Source: Octopus sinensis
Lineage: Eukaryota
Assembly (NCBI RefSeq): GCF_006345805.1
Contig: NW_021836136.1
Span: 1-64,000 of the forward strand
Length of the DNA stretch: 64,000 nt
Direction of reading: 5' to 3'
The notes below the pieces were generated by a model. The model was not told the DNA's origin. It searched no databases and saw only the letters and a program-made list of their open reading frames with translations. The position numbers and the translations under genes were made by a program. Of the stretch, positions 28,570 through 40,599 are shown piece after piece (within the stretch, counting starts at the first letter, position 1; each line of letters starts with the position of its first letter).

Positions 28570-29883
28570 ATCATCATCATCGTTTAACATATGCTTTTCA
28601 TGCTGGATGGTTTGACTGAGTTCTGGCAAGCCAGTGCTCTCCCTAACGCCAACCACTCTGAGAGTGTAGTGGGTTCTTTTTACGTGCCACTGGCATGGGA
28701 GCCAGTCAGGGGGCATTGACATCAACCATGTTCAGTCGATGAATTGTACATGCCACCGGCCCAGGAGCAAATCAGGGGGCACTGGCATTTACCATGCTCA
28801 GATGGTGCGATTTCGATGTTACTTGACTCTACTGGTCTTCTCAAGCATATCATATTGCCCAACGATTCAAGGGTACTTTTAAATGGGCTGGTCATGCAAC
28901 ACTGGCATTGGCCATGGCTGAAATCTCACTTAACTTGCCAGGTCCTCTCAATAACAGCATATCTCCAATTATCTCAGTTTCTTGTCAGTGCCTCTGTGAC
29001 GCCCAACGTTTGAAGGTCATGCTTCACCACCTCATCCCATGTCTTCCTGAATCTACCTCTTCCACAAATTCCTTCACCTGTTAGGGTGTGACACTTCTTC
29101 ACATATCTGTCCTTATCCATATGTAACACATGACCATACTTTCACAGTCATCTCTCTTGCACACCACATCTGATGCTTCTTATGTCCAACTTTTTTCTCA
29201 GGGTACTTACACTCTGTTGTGTATGCACACTAACATTATACATCCAGTGGATCATACTAGCTTCATTTCTTTCAGGCCTACGCATGGCCTCAGCAGTCAT
29301 GGCCCTGTTTCACTGCCGTGTAGTATGGCAGTTCGCACATATGCATCATAGTCTACCTTTCACCCAGAGCGAGAGGCCCTTAAATGTCAGCATGGGTAGG
29401 AGCTCTCTGAACTTTGCCCAGGAAATTCTTATTCTAGTAGCTATGCTCTCAGAGCATCCACCTCCACTACAGACTTGGTTGTCTAGTTAGTGGAAGCTAT
29501 CAACTACTTCTAGTTTTACCCCCTGTCATGTGATGGAATCTGTTTTCTGTATGTCTTTGGTGTTTATTGTCCCTGTGCATCTACCACACACAAAAACAAC
29601 TTTCCCGGTTAACCTATCTTTGATATTGCTGCACCACTTATGTGTCCATAGCTTACACCAGGTACATCTTATGGAGTTTCTAATTACACCTTTTATACAG
29701 ATTAAGCATGGTCATCTACCTAAAGGGGTTTGTGATTTGTCTGCCTTGCTACTTATTAGGACTTTGGTTTTTGCTAGGTTGACTCTAAGGTCCTTCAATT
29801 CAAGACCTTGTTTCCATGCCCTAAACTTAAGTCTCTAGCTCTTGTAGTGACTTGGCTATTAGAGCAAGATCATCAGCATAGAT
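28570..29883 (-). mobile_element. 5'-truncated RTE LINE from the RT YADD motif to the (ATG)n tail
   Basis: YADDLALIAKSLQELE (YADD at 29880-29869); VNLAKTKVL; LEVVDSF..GGGCSES..RISWAKFRELL; YGHVLHM...RGRFRKTWDEVVKHDL; then the 3' UTR and CATCATCAT at 28571. Confidence 0.9.
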
Positions 29884-29948
29884 AACAAATTTTTGATACA
29901 CATATATGTATATAAATATGTATATACACATATACACACAATATAGAT

Positions 29949-30600
29949 TATCACCATCATCCTCATGTTTTAATGTTCACTTTTCTACGCTTGCATGGCT
30001 CAGATGAAAGTTGTCAAGGTAGATTTTTCAAGGTTGGATGCTCTTCCTTTACCAACTCTCACCTGTTTCCAAGCAATGTAGTCCATCGAAACAACAGACA
30101 GTGTGAACATAGTTATGCAGTAAACTGAAATGAAAAACACTCTTTGAATGAGCTCACACAATACACCAAGACATGTCAAGAAGCTTGGACATGCTCTTTG
30201 CTTTTGATTGTAAGGAAAAGACACCACCAATATTGTTGTTTACAATCAGCAAACACACGTGAAGATGAGAGGAAATACAGATCCATCCACATAAACACAA
30301 ATATACACGGTGAAATTTGTCAAGGTAGATTTTCTAAAGTCAGATGTTCTTCCTTTACCATCTGTCACTTGTTTCTATGCATATGCACATCACCATCATC
30401 ATTTAAATGTTAATCTTTTCCCATATGCATGGGTTACATGAAATTTTTTAATGCAGATTTCCCATTGCCTACACTCACCTGTTTCCATACAAGGTAATAT
30501 TTCTTCATGTACTGACATGTATATATGGAAGAGTAGAAATGAATGACACTGCTTATACAACATTGAAGCTCCTTTACAATCACCACACAACATCAAAAGG
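29949..30600 (-). mobile_element. Cluster of three degenerate RTE-tail-related short elements
   Basis: Repeated TTGTCAAGGTAGATTTT..GATG.TCTTCCTTTACCA and CTCACCTGTTTCCA motifs, with (CAT)n tails at about 29950 and 30390. Confidence 0.55.
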
Positions 30601-30649
30601 GAGAGTCACAAACTGACACTTACAACCTCCACACATAACCATACATATA

Positions 30650-30780
30650 CAAGGCGTTTTTCAGTTCCTGTCTATCAAATTTACTCACAAGGCTTTCATT
30701 CAGGCCAAGGCTAGTGTAGCAGACACATGTCCAAGGAACGATGCAGTGAGATTGAACCAATTACCAAGTTTGCACAGACA
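30650..30780 (-). mobile_element. Degenerate SINE family B 5' half
   Basis: TTTCAGTTCCTGTCTATCAAATTTACTCACAAGGCTTT is the reverse complement of the family B core. Confidence 0.6.
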
Positions 30781-31212
30781 TGCCTTTAGATATACAGCAA
30801 ACTTTTACAGTCTCTCTTTACTAATTTCATTCAAAGTGTATTGGCTGACTTACAGCACTAGTACAGAATGCCAGCTGACAACATTTATGCAATGGGACGG
30901 CACCCCTTATCATGTTTCTGAAAACAAACTTCTTTACCATACAAAGTATTGAGGCTGGGTGGACAAATGAATGGACAGATAGATAGACAAATGAATGGAC
31001 TGACAAATAAACACTCAGATAAAAGTTAGGTAGATAGACAGTGCAATAGAAGGATAAAAATTTTAGTGTATGTAGATATTATAAAATTTATCAAGTAAAA
31101 TTACTGAGTTTATTATACAAACTATGATAGAAGCAGCATTATAGTCTGGTTTACATGCAAAGTGTGACCCTGGGCACATTTCCCTTGTCATTATCAATAA
31201 TGTGTGTATACG

Positions 31213-31254
<42 letters not shown>

Positions 31255-32430
31255 TGAGAGTAGAGCTTGTGATCACCAACTCACACATATTTCTTACACA
31301 ACTATGCATTTATATTCTCCACATGAGTTAAAAAATCTTTCTTCTGCTCTCCTTCTCTCTTTGTAGTTACACTTCTTTCTCTCACAGTGTTTGGTCGTCT
31401 TTCTCTCTACTTCATTGTCTTTCTGACCTTCCTTCTTTTCCTCCTCTTCCAAGCCTTGCAATATTTCCCCTGTCTACCTATCTATTTATCTCACTCTGTC
31501 TTTCTCTCAATTTCTCTAATTCTCTACTTCACCCACTTCCTTTCTCAAAATGCAATTCTTTCTCATTTCCCATTTCTTGTCTGTTTTCATCTTTTTGAAC
31601 TGGGTTTTCTTCTAGAGCACATTATTTTCTGTATCACTATCCACTATCTCACTTCCTCTTCTGTTCAATGGCTATTGTTTGAACAACTATGCAATTTCTT
31701 ACTTTTTGGATGGATGGATGGATGGATGGATAGATGGATGAATAAACAGACAAACGAATAAAAAAAAAAACTCATAGAGACGCTAAGTGGGAGAAGATGT
31801 AAAAGTCAGAGTGAAATAGCATCAATATTTTACTGGAAGAAGAATAAAGTATAATAATAGGTCTGCTCTGTACACTACAAGAAGACAGCGCATGAGAAAT
31901 TTTCCAACATTACAGTGAATATTGAAACCTAAAATCAATACCAAAATCCTAATTACAGATGTGTCAAGGGAAATATTAAAAAAAAAAAATACAAAATTCA
32001 ACAGCAAAAATAAAGACAACTTTACAATTTAAATAGGTAAATATAGAGTATTATGCAGTTAAACTACTTATTTTTATTTTTATTTCATCATTGCAACGTA
32101 AGTGTGTGAGGTAGTTTATTTGGGAAACTTACTGAACTATAAATTGGTTTGCTAAAGTATCTTTAATACATATGGATAGACGAGAAGATATAGTTGGTGA
32201 GACAATACAGGTGAACTGAAAGATAAATCTAAAAGAGATGAAGAAGAATATAACAGATAAAGATACAAGCTGTGCACATGCTCGTGCATGTGCACACATA
32301 CATATTCAAATGCTACTGTAAGTCAACAAATGGCAAATACTCAATACATGTTACAGAGTATATTGTTTTATTAGCCTGAAGCCCTTTGCAGGCAGTTCAA
32401 GTTTCACACAACTAGAATCTTTAGGTAGGA

Positions 32431-33130
32431 ATCATCATCATCATTATCATCATCATCATCATTTAATGTCTGTTTGCCATACTGGCATGTGTTTGATAGT
32501 TTGGGAGGAGCTGGTAAATCGCAGGACTGTGCCAAGTTTTACTGTTAGCTTCAGCATGGTTTCTGTGGCTGAATGCCCTTCCTAGTGTCAACCATTTTAC
32601 AGAGTGTACTAATTGCTTTTTATGTAGCACCTGCGACTGTGAGGTCAACGAGTGATTTGCAAGACAACACCCCTCAACTGAGGTGGCTTTGTGCTAGGTG
32701 ATGAGGGTCTAGAAAATGAATAGAGGAACAAAAATGGGTGTCTTGCAGTAAAAGAGATACATGGCTACTGAAAATGGAGAGAGAGAAGATGGTGATGGGG
32801 AAGGTACACTCAAGTTACAAAAAGGTGTGTATTAGTGGAACCAAGGATTAGTTAGGGTGAGCAGGTGGGTAAGCTCACAAGATTGTGAAGAAAAATGGGA
32901 GTTGGGAGGGAAGGGAAGAATGTAGTGAGTGGATATAAATAGAAGGTGGTTGTGTTAGGAGGGTATGTTGTGAAGAAGAGACAAAGCAAGGACACGTGTG
33001 CAGGTAGGTTTGTGAAGGTATGAAAAGAAACAGAGAGATAGAGGGAAGAGGAATATAGTAAATGATGAACCTGAGTGGCAGAATAAGGGAAGATGGTTTG
33101 TGGGAGAAAGGTTTTTCAAGGCTAGGTTCT
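32431..33130 (-). mobile_element. RTE LINE long 3' UTR remnant
   Basis: (ATC)n at 32431-32460, the GAATGCCCTTCCTAGTGTCAACCA motif, then a purine-rich region homologous to 24640-25150 and 57150-57660. Confidence 0.6.
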
Positions 33131-33599
33131 GTGCCTGGACATAAATGACATGTCTTTATGGCTTCAATTTTCTTAGCTGAATGGGTCTTCTCAAGCACAG
33201 CAAATTACCAAACATAGCAGTCCTTTATCAACTCATCAAACATTGAATGTGATTTTAAATACGTTGATTGTAATTTTTATTGGCTGCATTTCTTTTTTAT
33301 GTAGTTTTAATACATCATTGTTTATAGTTGTTATTTCATTTGCCAATTCACAGGTAATTGTTGTCACTGGTCAGCTTCACACTTGTATATTAATTGCAAT
33401 GTATCTGTCAAAGCATATTGAGGATTTAAGGAAAAATAATATAAAAATATAAAGTGAGCAATAATTAACAGCCAACCTTACACAGATGTTTCTGAATCAG
33501 GCTCCCTGTAGACAACAGAGGAATATTATATAATTATCAATAAAAGTTATGCCTACTCAAAGAAACAATGAGGTAATTTCAAATTGCTGACACCAGAAT

Positions 33600-34420
33600 A
33601 AATACACTTTAAGAAATGATTTTAAATGCAAACAAGGGTAAATACCAGAGGATGCAAAACTGAAGAAATAGTTGTGGAGACACAACACTGCCAACACCAT
33701 TGAAATAACAAAATAATCCAAAAGAAAGAATGATATTTAGAGACAGCAAATTTATAACAAACATATTTTAAAATATCCTTAACAACTTCAAACCTAATTA
33801 ACAGTTTCAGAAAGAGAATAAGACCTTTACCAAAGCAGTATATTAATGATATAATCAGTAGGAAGATGCAAAAAAGAACTACTGAACCAACTAATGGATA
33901 AGTAATAAATAAATTAAAAAGGTTTAGGAAAATATGATACAATTATGTAATATAAAGGCAGAGAAAGAAAGAAAACTGAATGAGCCAATGGTAAGCAATA
34001 TAATAACAACTTCAGAACAACTGGGTATGAAAAACAATATAGAGATAAACAAGGGTGAAACTGATCAACGACAAATACAACACTCAGTGAACCTGAATAA
34101 CACCCTTCAAGAACCCCATAACAAAGCAAAATTAGAAAAAAGTATATTAATATGATAGCCTCAGGCAAAAGAATGAACTACAGGTAGAGAATTATGAAAA
34201 GATCCAGAATATATACAAAAGGATTAAGGATACGTCAGCTTTGTACAGTGGAGAAGCAGATATATTGGATAAGTTGAAGGACTTTGGCAACTGTTTTTTT
34301 TTTCATTACTTTCCCCCAGGTTGACATATATGAGCCAATCAACTGGAAAATCCTGCTTACACCAGCATAATACTTACTTAAGACAACCCTTACCCAAGTG
34401 TATACTGAGCATTCTCCGCT
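33600..34420 (+). mobile_element. Decayed N-terminal region of an R4/Dong-like LINE
   Basis: RPLPKQYINDII..INKL and P.VD.YE.INWKIL..QHN resemble the pre-RT region also seen at 14.7-15.1 kb. Many stop codons. Confidence 0.4.
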
Positions 34421-35174
34421 AGCAATAAATACACACATAACACACGTTGAAGATACACTCAGAATGATTTTAACACTTCCAAACCAGTCATCACAAAAAT
34501 GAAGAATAACAAAAAAAAAAAAATAGAAAAAAGGAAAGAAACAACAAATTCTCTACTTGACAGACATAAGTACAAAAGCAATATAAACATGGTATTTCCT
34601 AGAAATTTACATGAAAAATTTAATAATCATAGCTCAACTGAGAAATAGGCAAATTATGCCACTTTCAATTCCCTGCTGCCAGTATCTCTTCCTATTTGTC
34701 ATCCTTCCATGTTTTTTTACAAGTATATATATTTGTTGACCCATCAAAATAGGAAGAGGTAAGTCTACATTTCAGATGAAGGTCGGATAGGTACACAGCC
34801 ATGTGTGTCCATATGTGTACATATAATACACACAAACATTGGATCAGTTAAATTTCAAATTTCAAAATAAGGAGCACTCAATATTATGAGTATTATTTTT
34901 TTTACAATTATAGAACACGTGTCAATCCATGTTAACATTTGTTTCAAAACTATTTGTATGCTAAAATATATATCTAAAGACAATGATTCACTCTCACCAT
35001 CAAGGTGTTTTGTCAATGTTTGTGTGAAAACACACACCTATGTGAAGAGAGACACCCAAGTTAGAACATTCTTGAAATTGATAATAACATTAATTTACAA
35101 GAGTTCCATAATTATTACAGATATACATACAAATATATATACATACACTCATTATATATATATACACTCATTAT

Positions 35175-35520
35175 CGCTATGTGCTCCGTGTGGGCAGTCA
35201 TCTAAGAGCTTTTGTTCATCTTGATGCTGACATAAGTTCCTTGTTTTTCCTGATGAGAAGGCGGCATAATGCACCCCTTATTCCTTAGAAATTAGGAATA
35301 TGCAGCCTTCGAAACATATGTCGAGAATAAAGGAATTTTGTTAAATCGTCGTTCAACTCCATTCTTTCATTTATTTGTATTAAAAAAACACACAAATTTC
35401 CACACGAAAGCACGTGATCTCTGCCCTTGGCATGTAGCTTCAACTGTGTTTTTCTGACGTGAATTTGCTACCCAGGTATCGGTTAACCGAATTATCCATA
35501 CTAAGATAATTCATTCAACT
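35175..35520 (+). mobile_element. Hammerhead-bearing short element (Penelope-like terminal repeat or retrozyme-like monomer)
   Basis: CpG-containing ~350 bp block between a 13-bp duplication (ATACACTCATTAT at 35143 and 35162) and an (AC)n tract. Contains the ribozyme below. Boundaries are approximate. Confidence 0.55.
35234..35338 (+). ncRNA. Type I hammerhead ribozyme with minimal palindromic stem III; predicted cleavage GUC 3' of 35322
   Basis: CUGAUGA 35250-35256; stem II GAAGGC/GCCUUC (35257-62/35305-10) extended by GCAUA/UAUGC; GAAA 35311-14; palindrome ACAUAUGU 35314-21; C17 at 35322; stem I 35234-49 pairs with 35323-38 at 14 of 16 positions including two G-U pairs. Confidence 0.85.

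Positions 35521-35594
<74 letters not shown>
35521..35594. repeat. Compound (AC)n(AT)n(AG)n microsatellite
   Basis: Direct reading. Confidence 0.95.
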
Positions 35595-35595
<1 letters not shown>

Positions 35596-38594
35596 AATGC
35601 ATGCACACACCATATAAATACAGAGACATACACTAATACTTGTATACATAAACACAATTATCTATGCATGCACACACCCAATTATATAAATATATACATA
35701 CACTTACACACATATACATATACACATGTATGCAAGTATATGTAGATGTATATATGTACACACACGCTCATACAAGCCCACGTATATATGCTTTTACTGA
35801 TTCAGTCATTGGACTAGAGCCATAAACACATACTGATTAGTTGATTAAGCAATTGATGTCAGTGATTATATACTATAAATATGACAAGTTTGTTAGTATA
35901 TTATCGTTATTTAATTAGTAGTCTTTGTCCATTTAAAGAATTATTCAGGACAGGAATAATCTATATTTTGCCAGGTCAATTCATTAAAAAGAGAATGTAA
36001 TTTTAACAAAATGGGGTAATATATCCGTCTATAGGATTACCACACAGACTTAAAACCAGATAAATTCTTACACTCTCTTTCTCGTAAACAGTCAAATTGA
36101 ATAATTAAGAACAGAGAATCATAAATATCGAAAACACTTCAAAAGAGAATTTTCAAAGACATATGCTTTGGGTAACATAATATTTTCTGGAAATATCCTC
36201 ACACAGATATAATAAACTGAGATTTTCTTAAAAGAATTATAAACTTGACAAAATGAAAAGATTTGACAAGAGAAATTACACTTTGTTTGTGGTTGTGTGA
36301 GTGAATTATTCAAAAGATATATAATTTTATGATGAGAAATTATTTTTAAACTCAAGAAGAGTGTACTTTAATTTTGGTTTTACTGGAGGAATCAAAATCT
36401 GAAAGCTGTTAAATTTGCTCTTCAAAGGTTTGTGGCCAATTTGTAATACAAAATATTTATACACAACACAGGATAAATCAGAATTACTGCAATAATTTTA
36501 GAAATCATAAGCCTTATAGCGTATCAATAAACATACTCATTCTATACTATTGAAATATGAAAAAAAAAAACAAAAAAAAACTAAAGCGGATTTCCAAATG
36601 CACAATACGGCATAAATCAAAAGAATTTTTGAAATATTATATAAAAAATGAACTTCATTATTCATTGTTGAATTAGAATAAAAATATAAGCGTATTCCTT
36701 TGATACTATTAGCATGGAAAAAAAATGAAGTTTCCTGACAGACTATTTCACAATTTGTTGATCTTTCCTCAGAGGATGTACCCATCTTCTTTTCCCAATC
36801 AAATGGAATAATTAAGATTGGTGTGTCTTAAATATTGAAACCACTTAAAAATAAAAGTTTTCTATTCCTATAAACACAGTTTTGAGAGATAAATATTTTG
36901 GCCAGTATAATACTTGTCTATATTTAAATACACTAAATGTAAGAACGTGAAATTTTCAAAAAATATTTACCAAGTTTATGAAAGCAGAAAAGTTAACTGT
37001 TGAAACTGAACTGGGTTGTCTAGAGAATTATGTAAATAAAGATATATATTCATCCAATAGGTAGATATTGGTATGATCTAACTTTGGTTTTGCTGAAGAA
37101 GTATTAGACTCAGCATCAAAATCTAGAAGTTGTATCTGCGTTTCAAGAACTCATGCCAAATAGTGATATGATCAGGTAGCATTATATGAAATATTTATGC
37201 CCAACACAGTGTAAATCAGAACTGGGGTAATTTTTAATATTATAAAACCTCACTGTGTATTAAAAATACTATAAATACATTCACTCAACAGTACTGAAAT
37301 GGGGAAACATGAGGGGAGTCTCTTGCCAAAATATTTCATTGTTTGTTGACCACTCCTCAGAAAACATACCTATCTTCCTTCCTCAGTGACAAGCAAGAAA
37401 TAACTGCTTTTCAGCAGTTACAAATTGCTGTAGTACATTAGCACATAGTTTAATTTGCACACTTGTGTTTTTGACAGCTCATCATTAATGTGTTTACATA
37501 CATTTTCTTACTTAACTTACAGTGAGACTTTGAAATATTAAAATTTACTTCAATTCTTCTGATTATGTTTGTGCTGTGCATAAATAGCTAATGACAAACT
37601 ACAAGAAAACCCCCAACAAAAGTGCAAATTACACTATCCAGTCATGTTCTCACCTAATTAATGACAAGTTTATTTATAAGCAGCTGATCTATACAACTTA
37701 AGAGTTTACTTTAAGTTTAACCACAACTTAACAGAACTACCATACTTGAAATATGTGAAAGTTTTTAAATAATGTTGGATATTCTAAAAACTATTAATTC
37801 AAGTTGTCTAAAATTCAAAGCTAGAAAATGTTAATTCATATTATGTAAAATAACACAATGAGTAACTCATTCATTATATCACCCATCAGAATTAATATCA
37901 GTATATTCATCACAGAACATATCTCCAAAGTGAAATATGTATCTTGAAATATTATGGACTGATCATTGCTATTATGAAAATAGTTATCAAACATTACTTT
38001 GCTTTTGTATCTGGTTTGCAAGCTTCTTTATGTGAATTTGTGTGTTGAAACAATTTTTTTTGCGGCTAGAAAGAGTCATTATGCCAATATTATCAACACA
38101 TGCACTGGTTCAATGACAAATAATAAAGGAGTAGAACTGAACCAGTGTGTGTATTAATAATATTGTATAATGACTCTCTCTAGACAACAAATAAATTTAT
38201 ACTGAGAATATGGTTTCAGTATCAGACTTTACACTTATATTGTTGTTTAGTCAATTCTTAGCTGAAAATTTAATGTGGAAATAATTGCAAAAATATATCC
38301 TTACCATTAAAGCTATCAGAAATCACAAATCCGTCTGTAAAAGACAAAAATAAATATCGTTAAAAACATTATCTATGTTACATTACATATTAATTTTAAA
38401 ACAAGTAGTAACAATAATTTTTTTCTTAATTTTTATGGGTTGGGAATGCAGGCATCATTGCCTCTCTCCTGTCATTATTTTCTAGTTTCTATCAGTTTTT
38501 ATTTGCATTTCTTCAATGAAGAGCCATTCATAAACTAAGTCTTGCATTATTGTGCATGATGGGTTGTTACTTTTTCCTCTTTTTTTTCACACAG

Positions 38595-38604
38595 TAAAGA
38601 ACTG
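38595..38604 (+). CDS. Candidate 10-nt microexon (TAAAGAACTG)
   Basis: Acceptor TTTTTCCTCTTTTTTTTCACACAG, donor CTG|GTATGT, no AG from 38540 to 38592, TGC motifs at 38543 and 38553. Confidence 0.4.
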
Positions 38605-38639
38605 GTATGTTAGCATTAAAGTAGGATAGTTGGATGTTA

Positions 38640-40373
38640 AAGACCTTTAACAAATTGGTGCAAATCAAACTTACATAAGTAAGATATAAGTAGTAGTGAA
38701 CCCAGAACATCCAAAATCAGATGAAGACAGGATTTGTCTCCTAAGAAAAATATGTGGAAGAAGCCTGATACAGCTCAAACAATCCTTCAAATCAGCAATA
38801 ATAAGCCTCGAAACATACCTTAAAACAACAGGTGATGTGCTCTTATGAACTGCAATGAAGCATGAAGATTCCAAGCAAGCTTCAGTCACAAAGCTTAGTA
38901 AGAAATTTAAAAAGTCTCTTGGACCTATAAGTTAACAATAAGAATGACCAAAGACACCCAAATACTGACAGACCTACCATTGTTTCTCCTGATTTAGAAA
39001 TTAACAATCAGAAAGACCAACAAGATACAAATAGTGACAAACCTATCATTGATGCAAAAAACAGTAAATGTTGATCCTTTCACCTGCATGATTTTCACTA
39101 AGAAAAAAACAAACTTGGATTATTTGCATGGAATCAAGTACTCAGATCTCCTAATATGCTGCAAACTCCTTATTTTTGTTTGAAAAAAAAGAGGGAGGGT
39201 CCCCATATCTCAGAATCATTGGGAATTTTTTTTTTCCATTGACTGAATTCCAGTGACCTCCTAATATGCTACAAAATCCTTTTGGAGGTTTGGAAAATGG
39301 GGTAAAGTGGGATGGAACCTGCAGAAATTTCATCCCACCCCATTTTCAAATATTTTTTGCTATTTCTTCCTTTAGCTATAATTTCAGGTAACATTTTGCA
39401 GAAATATATTTTCAAGAGAGTGTGGATTACATTAGATTAAAAATTCAAAGAATTTTGAAATGAAAAAGTGAAAATGCAGAGGTTATAGAAGTTACAGTGG
39501 TACCGAAGTCAGTGGGGAAATAAAGAACAAAGTATAATTAATCTAAAAAAAAACATGTTAGTTTGTGTATGTATATGAAACAAGTAAAAATATCAAGTTT
39601 TGTTATTGCAGTACAAGATCAGAACTTACCTACCAGAAACTACCATGCAAATGTCCTTAAAGATGGATCTGACCCGTTATGTAGAATTTGTGGAAAATTC
39701 ACAGAGACAATCGATGATGTTGTTTCTGACTGCCCAGTCGTCACTGAAAAGGAGTACCTGATAAGACATGACAGACTAGGGCTGTACATCTACTGGAATT
39801 CTTGTAAATACTACAAAATTTAATCCCATGATAAATGGTACAGGTACCATCCAGAGGAAGTAGTAAATGGTGAGGGTGTCACCATCATTTGGAACTTCCC
39901 AATACAAACAGACCAAAAAATTGACTAATCGACCAGACATTGTGATCAAGGACTACAACAGAGGAACTTGTCTGTTAATAGATATGTCTGTCCCTCAAGA
40001 TCAAAATGTCTCAAGAAAGGAATATAAAAAGCTTCCTCACTATAAAGATCTGCAAACTGAAATCACAAAAATGTGGAAGCTTAGTACTACGATAATACCA
40101 GTAGTAATTGGTGTGTTGTGACTGATAAAGAAGGTAGCTGAGAAGTATATTAAGCCCCTCCCTGGTAACTCCGAAAGATAACCTTGATGGGTACAGCCCA
40201 TATACTATGGAAAGCACTTTCCATCTAAAATGGAATGATTGTGGTGATAATTTTAGCATGCATAGCAAAACAAAAATGCCCTTGCTACTTCAGGCCGCCA
40301 GAAGATGCCTGGTATTAAGGCAGCTAAATGAAGTAATAATGAAAGGAAACCATAAATGACGATGATAATAATA

Positions 40374-40410
<37 letters not shown>
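38640..40410 (+). mobile_element. R4/Dong-like LINE 3' portion (late RT, CCHC knuckle, RLE) with (TAA)n tail, interrupted at about 39070-39530
   Basis: HPKSDEDRICLLRKICGRSLIQL; AVQDQNLPTRNY; CRICGKFTETIDDVVSDC; RHDRLG; TNRPDIVIKD; IDMSVPQDQNVSRKEYKKL..YKDL. (AAT)n at about 40365-40410. Confidence 0.85.
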
Positions 40411-40599
40411 GTGATGGCTAGAAGTATATTGAGTTCTTCATAACCAGCTGATCTAGCAAGCGGGGCCTCATATCAGTGAGGGGGGCCGGTGCGCACTGAT
40501 GCCGTTCAGAGGTAGGCCCCGAAACGGCGTGCATTTTCTCCTGATGACCCCATACACTTGCTAGCTTCTGGTATACGGAGCTTTTAACTGGTAGCACTT

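Noticed and set aside
34320-34430. Strong acceptor, short ORF, stop and AATAAA resembling a terminal exon
   Set aside because: The sequence is explained by the decayed Dong-like N-terminal region (W KI..QHN), and the T-run is probably a slippage product.
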